Positions 36,001 to 48,000 of a stretch of DNA of 64,000 nucleotides are shown here, one piece after another. The number at the start of each line of letters is the position of its first letter. Position 1 is the first letter of the stretch. The translations under genes were made by a program, and so were the position numbers. The notes below the pieces were generated by a model that had not been told where the DNA came from, made no database searches, and worked only from the letters and a program-made list of their open reading frames with translations. The DNA is from Klebsormidium nitens. Lineage: Eukaryota > Plantae > Klebsormidiophyceae. The stretch covers positions 27,927 through 91,926 of the forward strand of contig DF237314.1 in the NCBI GenBank assembly GCA_000708835.1. The letters are read 5' to 3'.

Positions 36001-39000
36001 TTTTGACCGACCAACGGAATATTGGACTTGAAGCGTACTTAGGTAGGAGAGGAAGGCGACATGATACTCAAATCGCCAATCCTCATATCGTCCCAGCATC
36101 GTTCGGTGGGATACTTGAGACCGACCCACGTTGGCATCTCGCAACATTTTCCTGCTCTGCAGATCTCCTTCAACTACACAAACCTCGACTTTGCTGATCG
36201 CAATTGCAATCAACCAGAAGTGTTATCTTGCATCAAGGGCAGAAAAACGTGACACCACTTCTTTAGCCCGTTCTCGATGCCTAAAGCCCGGACCAAACGT
36301 ATCAGGCGCCCACCTTGTTCGCCTCGACGGTCTCCTTGTCGATGACCTCCATAAGCGCGGCGACACCCTTGCCGCTCTCGATCAGCTTCGGCTGCAATTC
36401 TTTCAATTCGACTTGCATCACGCCCACCGCGCTCTCGCTTGAAACCAGCTTTTCCAGGCCCATCTCGTACCTGTGGGCCAGGGGTTGGCTGGATTTAGTA
36501 CAGGCTTTAGAGTTACAAATCGGGTTTTGAAATTTATCTGCATTACGCCCGCCTCGCTATCACTTGCCACTAGATTTTAATACCTGCGGGAATTGGTTCA
36601 GAGGTTGCTTGTGTTCAGTAAAGGGGTTAAGAATGCCAATCCGGTGTTCAGTGCTTTCTGAAGATCCTGCTCAGGGGTAAGGACTCAAGGCTTAGTATCT
36701 GGATTTTGCTCAGGGTTTGCTCAGGATTTCATCCATTCTGGGATGAAACTTAGGGCCCAAAGCCCCTGATTGATGGATTGTGCCATAATCTGGATCAAGG
36801 AATCCATAAGGCGTGGGCGCCACGGCGACCTTGTTACAGGAGTCTAAGTATGGAGGTCGCTACGATAGACCACCACATATTGCAACTTGGTTCGTCGTCA
36901 ATACTAGCTTGCCTGTGTGATGTTGGCGCGCTCATGTGTCCGGCGGCGAAATGGACCGGAGGGTTTTGAGGGTTTGGGACCAGCGTGACGTCACCGAGCT
37001 CCCAAGTGACGTTACTGATTTGATTGATCGGGATGTGATTGGTCATGTTTGTCGTCGGCGTAGCAATTACAAACAGAACTACGATTTTCCGCGTTGTGTG
37101 TTTGTCTGCTGTCTGGTCTGGCTTTGAAAAAATTAGGGTCTTCCAGAACGTCGGTTCAACTCCGGCCGCCGACCCTTTTGCCAGCCCCGCTTTTTTCTCC
37201 GGGTATATCAAAGCCGCGCGCTTTGGGCGCGGGCAAAAGACCGATGATAAACAGTGACGTAATCAAACCTTGTTCCTGGTCTTTTGTTCCCCTCTTTTGG
37301 GTGCAAGGCAGATTGCTAGGTTATACTCGCCGCCAACTTTTGTCGTCCCACGCTCTTCTGGCGTCCTTTGCAGAACGGGGACGACGTGTAGGATAAGTGG
37401 CTGGCGCAACGCAACCCATCTTGTGTTCAAAGAGGATAGCAAATACTATGATTCTGTTGAGAAGCGTTATTTGACCCCTTAAGCTAAGGAACACTTCTCG
37501 CTCGAACCCTCTCCTTATTTTCTCCCTGGCACTTTGAACGGTGACATCTGTTCTCGATAGGTGGATTATCCAAACGTAAATCTCGAAAGGTTTCTTCTTA
37601 GAGACTTGACAGCCCCAAACCTCACCTCCGTTTGAGCCCGCTGACCTCCTGCTGCTTCTTCGCCAGCAGCGCCTTGAACGTGGAGATGAGCTCCAGGTAG
37701 CTGGTGGGCGTGACGTAATAGTGACGCTTCAGCTCCGCCAGGTAGCGCTGCGCGAGGTCCTGGACGCTCAGGTGGAAGTGCACGCTCATGTCGACCAGGT
37801 CGGGGATCAGCGAGCGATCCACGTTGATGTCCTCCAAGAAGCGACCTGTATGATACGAATATGTGGGCTTTAGGGACTTCAAATCCCTTTAGGCAGAACA
37901 GCGAGAAGCGGAGGTTTCGGCGTTTCGGACGCTCAGGTGGAAGTGCACGTTTCATGTCGGCCAAGTCCAAGACCAGTGAGCGGGGATCAGTGAGCGGTCC
38001 ATATTGATGTCCTCCAAGAAGCGACCTGGATAAACAGAGTTGCGGGATTTAGGACCTTGGGAATTGACAGTTCAGCTTCTTGAGGAGCTCAAATTTGGTG
38101 TCAAGGATGCTTGGTGAATCGCACGCTCATGCGACCAGGTCCGGGAGGAGGGATCGATCCACGTTGATGTGCTCCCAAAAGCGACCTGCCTTACTGAAAG
38201 TTGCGGGTTGAGGGGCTTGAAAATACGTAAGTCAGCGTTCTCAGACAAAGCTGAATTTTGGCATCTACACTGGCCATGGACGAGCTAAAGAGCGGGCTTC
38301 TGGAATGTAAATCTAGGCTGTCAGGCTCAAACAATGTAAGCCTTATGTATTCAAGGGAAGCTTGGACTCATCTGGTACGAACCCAAGTTTGTGAGTCCCA
38401 TTACAGGATCGTCGACCAGATTGACGAAAAGACGTCTCAAGGCAGGTCCTCTCCCTGTCACCAAGAGCCCGCAAAGAGCACCTAATGGACGGAGTATGGA
38501 CAGCTATCCAAAAACCGGGCGCTCACCCGCGACGGAGCGCAGCGCCTCCATGGGCCACCCGCTGAACCAGTCGATCGTGCAGCAGTTAACTAGGGACGGG
38601 AACTTTCTCAGCCGGTCCCGGAACGCCTCCCCGATGGGGCTGAAGCACAGCGCGATGCGCAGGTTCCGCCGGCACTCCTCCACGAAGAACTGGAACAGCT
38701 CCGCGCGCGTGCCCTCGCGCCCCGCGCGCTTGGCGCGCGCGCGCACGCCCTCGGCGATCATGGATGTGTCGCCCGAGTCGAACAGGTTGGGCACCTGGAA
38801 GGAAGATCGGCAGACGGATTAGATAAGAGTATGTCATACGCCATTGAAATCGAAGTACGTCAAGCTGTTGCTTCCGGAAGCAGTGAGGAGCTGACCGAAA
38901 GATTGGTTCAGCCGTTCTTTGACGAGGTAAATTCCTTCATCTGCGGTTCTTTCCTGATGGCGGCTTGACGCCGCTTCTCCGTTCTTGTCTTTGCTGCTTC

Positions 39001-42000
39001 GAGCACAACGTTGCCTTTCCGTAACCCTCTGCGCCACAGGACGAATCTTCGACTTAGCACCAACAAGCTCTGAGTACAGTAAGTTAGCCAGCCTGGGACG
39101 AGTGCGCTTTACTTTGGGGATGTATATTTTGTGAGGGTGCGGAGCAGGTGAGTGGTGAACCTTTTTGTGAGAAGCTTACTATTAGTGTCGGAGCTTACCA
39201 TTGCTGGAGCTTATGGATTGCTACATTGAAGACATATCAAACGGTTACAATGTCCTCAGTCATCCTCAAACGATCACGACCCAAGCTCCGACGTCACCCC
39301 CCCTCTGCGCGCGCGCGCGCGCCTCTGCTCACCTCGCCGGTGTTGAGCAGGCTGTTTATGTCCTCGACGAAGCCCTCCTTTTTGATCTGCGTGTCCGTGA
39401 AGAGGAACATCACCCGCTTGTCCTGCTCGCCAGCCTTGCGCAGCACGCTACGGAGGTTGTCGCGCCACTCTGCCATGCCGTAATTCTTGCTGATCTCCAC
39501 CTGCGGGAGGGAGGAATGAATCGAGTGTCAAATGAGTTACTTCCAACTTGCGATTTTGTAAAGATCTGTGGTTGAAGAGGACAGGAGGAGCCGTATTATC
39601 GTGAGAGATGAGAGAGGAGAGCTTTCATGGGTATCAAACATCTCTTCTCCAAGATATTTTGGAAGAAGCGACTCACTATCGATGTTTCTGAGAGCTTCAT
39701 TCTCCTCATCTTCAACGGGAGAAGCCCGCTTGAGCCCTCGATTTTCATGACATTTTGCCCCCATAAGCGAGTTTGGCAACCCTAATCTCCATATGTTTGC
39801 AGAGATTTCCCCCTTTTCATTTCGAACACAAAATGGTCAGAACCAGCGTAAAGGCACGGTAAAGTAGTCGAGCACGGCCGCGTCTTACCTGGAACACCTC
39901 AAACCCTTCGATGAACGCCGCGAGGCGCGCGAGGCTCTGGCGCCCGCTGCCGCCCACCCCGACCAATAGCGCGTTGCCACCTGGCTGCTTGATGACGCGG
40001 CATATGCGGCTGACGTGTTGGATGGCGAAGAGGAAGAGCACCAGGTTCATCGGCTTGCTGCTCGTCGCGTTGAAGTCCTCCAAGTACGCTTGCATCACCT
40101 TGACCAGCGCGGCTTCGTCCGTGATCTCGTCGTACTGCGCAACAAGGCGGGAGATCAGAAGAAATAAGGACCTCCGTAAGTTAATCAAAGCGGTTAAAAC
40201 AAGCGCTTGTTTTTAATTTAGACAACATTTCGGGAGACCTCTTGACCGAGCACCGGAAGAATATTCCTGGACCCTATTGTGCATTTCTATCGTACATTAT
40301 CCGTAGGATTCCCTGGAGTGCACAATCGTGCAGAATCCTCTCAGAAATACAGTGACAGTGCAAAAGAATCTACGCGCTGTCTTTGAAACAAACAATCATC
40401 ATCACGAGATCCAACACTGTTACCAACGACAGGGTTTGACACGGAATCTGGTGCAGGAAATTTTTCGAAACCCGTCCTCTTCAATCAGCCAACTGCTTGA
40501 CATGATTCCGCGACCCAGTTCCATAATAAACAACTTCCGGAAAGTTCCGGTTCCGCTCACCTGCCCTCCGTCCCCGCCCTGCTGCATAAAATCCCCGGCC
40601 ATGAGGTACTTAAGCGCCTCAGGCTTGGTCTCCCCTCGGGGCGCCGGTTTGCCGTCGGGAGCAGGGGGCGGGGCGCCCAGTCCAGCAAACACGCGGGAAA
40701 ACTTTTCCCGGAAGTGCTTCTCGGTAGTCTCCGCCATGAGGTTGAAGAACCAGGAGCGGTCTTCGTCCGACACCAACCGGTCGTGGAAGACCTGCCCGGA
40801 GAAAAGGGAAGTGTCAGTAACATGCGTCCTCGATAAAGAAGGACAGTAGGTAGCGGTCCATTTTTGGACAAAACGACCTGTTTCGGGAAGCAACCTCAGA
40901 CGCCAAAAAGGATTGCCAATTTTAATTTGCACTCTAAATTGATGACAAGCTGAATACCAGCGTCCGCCGAGATCATTCCAGAGACTTCCTTTTGCATTGC
41001 CCAAGATCCTCGTCATGTAAACAATTCTACGCGCGCAAGAGCGAATACGGCCAAGCTTCGTAGGCACTCATTGATACAGCCCTCAAAAGCCGACCTGTGG
41101 TCCGATCTCGGCTCGTCCAATCAACCGCGGCCCTTGGGCACTGAAAATTCAATCAAAATCTGCGTACAAGTCAAGAGAATCAGGACAAAGGCGCTCGCGT
41201 GCGCGAGCGCTCACCCGGAGGCACTCGTTGGCCCATAACCGAATGAGACGGTCCGGCTCCTCGACGCCGGGGGGCGCAAAGTGGAGGCCCAGGAAGACCT
41301 TGCCCATGTCGCGTAGGTTGTACGTGTAGTGGCTCTTGGTGGGCGTCGGCAGCAGCTCGCGCTGGACCGTCTGCGGGGCGGAACAACGCAAGCGGAATGC
41401 GCGTCAGGCAAAGCGGCCCGGAAAAGCAATGCTTACGAATTGGGCAAACGAGAGTACTTGGATTCGAAAGTAGACACCCGATAGGTATACAGGACTCGGA
41501 AACAATTGTGGGCGGTCGTAGTACGGCAGGGCGGTCGAAAGCGGCTGACGCAAGGACAGCAGCTTTGATATCGCCGGATCTAGTTCGGAGCAGGGAAGGC
41601 GGAATGCCAATGCTAGGCGCAACTTGTTCAACGCGTGCCAGCAACCATTCAAAGAGCGCGCGGGAAAAACGGTCGTAACAGAGACGGATCAATATTTTGG
41701 CGCACTTGGTAAATGTCGAGCGCGGCAGACCACGTGGTCGAGCGGAGCTGGTGACGGCGGGCCAGTGCACACATACGTCCGAAGAATGGATAGAACACAG
41801 GAACGGAACAGAACGGAACGAAAAGAACAGGACGCACCAGGAAGGGCCGAGATTGTACCTGGTAGATGTCGTGCGTGGCCGACACTATGGGCGAGCGATC
41901 TTTGGTGACGGCGGGCGCGTGCGCAGAACGGAACAAAAAGGGATAATGGACGGAACACTAATGTGACATAGGAGAGCGAAGCGAGAACGGAAGAACGCTT

Positions 42001-45000
42001 TACCTGGTAGATGTCGAGCGTCGCGGAAACCTTGGGCGAGCACAGCTTTGCGACGGCGGGCGAGTGCGCATCATCAATGAGAACAATGAAGCGGAACAAG
42101 GACGGAACAAGGACGGAACGGAGCGGAGCGGAACAGGAACGAAGTAACACAGACCTGATAGATGTCGAGCGTGGCGGAGACCATGGACGAGCGCAGCTTG
42201 GTAACGGCGGGCGGGTAGTGCGCCTTTCGCATCCACCAGTCGACCAGGACCGTGAAGATGCGACTCATCGTCTCGTCGCCGAACGACGTCACGGACACCA
42301 CGCTGCAGCGGAACGTGGTGACGTTCAGCATCGGAGCGGAACGGTGTTTGAAGAGCGGACTGGGTACTTTTTGAAGCCCAAATCGAGAGACTTCGCAAAA
42401 CTCTTAAGCATGTTCTTGCGTGTCAAATACATAGGATGCTGAAATAGAGGCTTAGGTTCAGCCTCAGATTAAATCGTTCAAAAATCCTCGATCAATACGA
42501 ATTTCCCGTTTGACCGAAGATTTCCATCACAAAGACCCTGACTTTCAGAGCCCAAAACCAAGTCAAAAACCTACACTTTGGTTCTTGAAGTCTGCGCTCG
42601 TATATGCCAAACGAAACGAAACAGTTCTAACGTGAACGCTCGTAGATGCAAAGCAGAAATGGAGAATTCCGCGCTCGTACAGACAGGTCACATGCAACAA
42701 AAGTACAGAGGCTCGTCAACACTGGGCGCCTTACTTGTAGTGGCGCAGATACCGGTTGGTGACGTCATTCCGCCCCCCCCCGGGGGGCCCCATCGCCGAC
42801 ACGAACTGCACGTCTATCAGGTTGCGGAACGTCAGCTCTTTCCGGTCATACCACCCCCCGTGGTCCATCCACTGACGTAACAACTCGATGGGCGGCTGCG
42901 CCCCGTATTTCTCGAGCGCCGGCATGTTGAGGTCGTCAACTAGGATGACGAACTTTTTGCCCGGGGGCGGCCCGAAGACGCCCTTGCGCCGCTTGTCGAG
43001 CTTGCCGTCGATGATGTCCTGGGTCTGGTTGGCGGAGGTTTGCGCGGAGAAGTTGAAGAACATGGACTGATACCTGGTGAAGTGAGGGGGGGAGAGAAGG
43101 GTGTGAGTCCATAGTAGGCAGGAACGACAAGACATGAAAGAGTACAAGGAGAAAGAGGAGGAGAGAAGGAAAATGTTTGGTTTTCTGGGTCTTCCAACAA
43201 TAGAAAGTGGCCATCCAGGATTAGGACGACAGAAGGAGGAAATGGAGGCATCATGGAAAAACGATACGCTTGGTAAGACGTAGGTGCTTTCCTTTTGCAA
43301 ACATAAAAGAAGACGGTAAGAACTCAGGCGCACAAGATATGGCGGTGTTCAGCGAACCGGTCTCTTCTTGGTGACACCCACAACCACGCCTTAAAGTACG
43401 ACTCAAACCAAGCACGCTTCCTGAGCCAGATTCATCTGGATTGACAATGTCTATTCCATCAAGGTCTTCAAAAACCGCTGGCCGACTTACTTGTTGGCAT
43501 GCAGCCCCTTGGTCAGGAACTGCTTGATGTACACGCTCGTGCCCGTAACCCTTATTGGGATATACACTTCAACCTTCTGTCGATTCGAAATGTAGGTGTA
43601 ACGCGTCTCGAGAAAAGACTCAACTCGATCTCCTCCTCGACTTACTTGTTGGCATCCAGCCCCTTGGTCAAGAATTGCTTGATGTACACGCTCTTGCCCG
43701 TCCCGGTCGGCCCCACCAGCAGCATCGGCTGCCCGTGCGTCAGAAGCGCCTCCATCAGAAACGTGTACCGTACGGTATCGGCCGTCGGCACGATGATCCG
43801 TACGAATTCCGCTTCCGGAGAAGGCGGGGAGTCGTCGATGAGATCGGTCCAAGGAGCCCACTTGCCGCGCTCCTTGTTGAAGGTGAAGTCGTAGACTGTC
43901 TTTCCCTCGGGGAACGGCAGCGCGACTTTCCGGGCGGTCCCGGTGATGAAGGGCTTGTACTCTTCCGGGGGTTGGTTGACCTGCCGGGAAAGTGTGACGG
44001 TGGGGTTGATGAGGCAACTTCGAGGCAAATCGCGCCCGGATCTTTCTGAAGCGGAATGCCTAAGGGTTTTCATTAGACAGACGACAGAAAACAGGTTCTT
44101 CTGTTCGCAAGCGAGCGGACATGATTGTATGCCAACGCTTTAAGATTTCTTGTTGTCATCAACCTACGTTAACTTTGACAGAGCAACCCAAGCCCTTCAA
44201 CACAGAGATTTCAGAAAGGCTTGAGCATCGCTGTTTTGTCAGTCAAGACGGATGCACGCTTGCAAAGTCGAAACTGAATTCCGTCGAGATCTAAGCCCCC
44301 CGTTTACAGATACGTGAAACCTAACCATTGAAACCAGAGCTCTGGTGGGCTGTTTTATCTCGATTCTTATGTGTATACACTCACCAGGAGCTTTCGAAGC
44401 AGCGCGTCGAACTTGAGCCGCCCCGCTTCATCGGTGCAGCCCCCGACGGACCACACCAGGCTGAAGAGGAACAGGCAGTCCAGCCACACGCACACCAGCG
44501 TGCCGTCCATCTTGGCCACCTGGCAGAGGAGTATGGTTCGGTAACGTGAGGAGAAAGAACAGAGTCAGCGTTACAGTCTGATTGGGGAGACGGCTGCGCA
44601 GGTCAGAATCTTGCGGCAGTTGAAAGAGTAGGATAGAAGCTCAGTTCAAGAGGGGTGGATCAATGAAGCTGAACGTATTGTGTCTGCAAGGCGTGCTGCT
44701 CTGCCAAACGATAGAATAAACGAAACTCCGAGAGCTTTTTGAATTGACGTTGTACAGATTGCATAGCACACTGAGTATGTCAACAGTCGTTCCGCAGCTG
44801 CGTTCAGAGGTACTTGGAGCCGCGGGCGACTCTACCTACTTCTCAATACCTTAGTTTGAATCCATTGCCGTTCTACTATAAGTACAAGACCTTTCAAGCA
44901 ACCTGCTAACTCGGTGTCAGCTAATCAAGCAGGTTGCCCTTTTCGAGTAGCCGTAATGCGGCCTCGAAGGAACCTTTTCCGAAAAAGGACAAATTTTCGG

Positions 45001-48000
45001 CCCACCTGCGCGGGGTCCGCGAGCTGCGGGTCCATGAGCGCGCGGAGGATGCGCGCGAGCGCCTGCACGAGGTTGGCCTCCTGCATGGGCACCATCAGCT
45101 TGCACGCCTTGGCCACGCACCGCAAACACGGCGGGACCAGCCACTCAAACAGCCGCTCGATCTGCTCCCTGCACGGCGCGGGTTGAGGGAATGGTTTAGA
45201 AAACATGGTTAGGGATGGGTGAAGGAAAGCAAGAGAGATAAGCTGAGGTGGGCTTTTAACAATTATCAACTCTTTTTGTGAACAGCTGAGCAGCTTGCAA
45301 AATCCCTGAAAAGATTCAATTTCTAAGACGGGCATTGAGTTTTTTGTTTGGTTGACAGACCTGTATTGATGATGACGAGACGCAGAGCAGTTCTGTACCA
45401 CAAAATAAACTGATCCCTACACATTCTCAAGACGAGTACTCACCGCAGCCAGCCCCCTGATCCACTCAGAATACTCTGTTTCCACGAACACTCCATTGGA
45501 TTGTAAGGCTCCCTACAGTAAGCGCTCTACGCTATATGTCGTGAACCTCACCGGTTGGCTTCGCTGAGCGTTGGGGGATCCATGTCTTGATCCATGCGGT
45601 GACCATGGGGCGCCACCCGATCCGCCCAAACCCAAAACATAACCACAACCCAAATTCATAGCTACAACCTAGACGTACGATCAGACAATAAAGACCCAAG
45701 CGCTCTGTACCGCTCTTACCGATTACCTTCGCTGAGCGTGGGCGGCAGCCTTTTGATCCACGCGGTGACCATGGGGCGCTCCACCCGATCTGTATTGTGA
45801 CCCCCAAAAACCTATGCTTTTGTACTTAAGGTTTTCTGGAACGGGAAAAATGGTATAGTGTGGATAACCTACCGGTTGGCCTCTGTGAGCGTTGCGGGCA
45901 ACGTTTTGATCCACGCGGTGACCGTGGGCCGCCATCCAATCTGCGCGGGCTCCACCTTTACCTCAAATCCAACAAAGCAAACCCATAACGAGAATATTCA
46001 GATCAAACCCAGAACATGAACCCAAAATTAGAGCTGTAACGCTCTCACCTGTTTGCCTCTGTGAGCGTGGGCGGCAGCGTTTTGATCCATGCGGTGACCA
46101 TGGGGCGCCACCCGATCTGCGCGGGCTCGACGTAGACCATGCCGCAGCGGCTGACGGTCGCGGGCGACGCGGCCGCGAGGTCCTGGACCTCGAAGATGAG
46201 GTTCATCGTGGGGGACATCTGGATGATCTCGCCGCTCATCAAACACAGCTTCTTGTTGTCGTCCAACACCTACAATGGAGAGATTTTGTGAGGACTATTG
46301 AAAGGTCCAGGTCTCGTATTTTGCCAGGTTCGGGAAGGTTCTGGATGGCATCTTTCCTAGTCATGCAGTGCTGCTTGTCGTGGTTCGTCGCCCGAGGATG
46401 ATGCTCTTGGAATTGAGATTTCGCTGTCGAGAGCTCCGAGATATCGAAACATAGAGGATGTGGGATGATTCCAGAAGCTCGCGGAGAGTTCTGGATCCTC
46501 AAGACGTAGAGAATCTGGAATAAAAGCAGAAGCTCGAGGTGGATCTCAGGCAACTCCTTTGGGCTTTCACAGAACCAGGAATCCGACGAGAGTCATTTGT
46601 GTGCAGATTCTACAACCTTTCTATTTAGGGTTCAACAGTAAAAACGACGAGCTGAATTTTGGAAATTTCCATTCTCCACTAGGATTCTTGAGCTCCAGGT
46701 TCAAAAAGAGTTGGAGGAAAGATTCGCGCACAGTTTTAGATTTGGATTTTATTTTTTCGAAAGAAGCCTCGAAAACATCCTATACGCACCGTTCCCATGT
46801 TTCTAATCTGACCTTGACCCCCAGGTTGAGCTTCTTCTTTCCAAATCCAGATTTAGCGCTATCAACAAGCCGTGAACATAATCTGGATCCATACCCGTCT
46901 ACGGCCCTGGAGGAGTGACGGAGTAAAGGCAAATATTGCCTTAAGAATCGCACACGCGGCTGACCAACTCAGGTAGATTACTTAGCGCCAAGTCGTCTGT
47001 CAACGCACCGTGTTCATGTTTTCGATCCAGATGGCGTCAACGGGTCCGTCGAAGACGAGCCACTTCCGGTCCGGCGTGGTGTCGACGGACATCTGGCGGA
47101 ACACCTTGGCCAGCACGCCGTCCGTCCACTCGTGGCTCACCGGGTCGAACTGACCGTACAGCTGACCCATCGTTATTGACTTCGGGTTAACCACCTCGTA
47201 CCTGAAGGGACAGAGAGGATTGTATCAGCAACGACCCGTCTCGCGAAATAGATTGAGTTGGCAACGTCGAGCAAACACATGCCGTTTATTCACTTGGTGT
47301 AATTGGAAGAGGGATTGCTCCTTCGGTTCGAGTAATGAAAAAAAAATCAATTTAGTTGCGGACTTATAAACGAAGCCTTTGATTGCTTGCGGAGATTGCA
47401 TAACAAGTAGGCTGATGATCGACTCACAAGCGAAATGGCCAACGGTTCGAAATGATCAAAGTCGCATTCGTAGGAAATTTAACACCGGCTCCTTTCATTC
47501 ACCTTTTCCAACCTAAAAGCCTAATAATCTCTATTAAACCAAATCTCAAAACCCCTGGTCACATTCCCCGGTCGCCCACCTGGTCTTCTGCTCGTTCATG
47601 AGCCCCTTGGCGTGCAGGTCGGTAAGCGCCCCGGCCAAAATGCGGTACATGCTGGTCTTGGCGCCAAACGAGTGGCCCACGATCATCAGCCCGTGACGAA
47701 CCACGATCATCTCGTACAGCTCCAGCGTCTTGCGGAACAAGGCCTCCACCGGAATCAGGTCCAGGCGCTCCGCGTTCTCGCGGATCGCCTCGGTGATCGC
47801 CTGCCGGGCGAAGAAGAGGGTGGTTTAGGAAAGGGCGTCCAGCGGAAACAAAGGCCGGCGTTGCGATTTCTCGTGAATGGGATCGGTGAATTCGTAGCGG
47901 AGAAAAGAAAGGATGGGTTTAGTCGAAGGCCTCCACCGGAATCAGGTTCACGCGCTCCGCGTTCTCGGGGATCGCCTCTGTGATCGCCTACCGGGGGAAA

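Noticed and set aside
39537-39779. 80-aa intronic ORF ([26 protein letters not shown]...) that looks protein-like
   Set aside because: No recognisable domain, no flanking splice sites in a compatible phase, and the dynein frame closes without it.
36784-46890. Shared 13-mer cataatctggatc in two dynein introns
   Set aside because: Dozens of shared 13-mers are expected by chance in a window this size, and the match does not extend.
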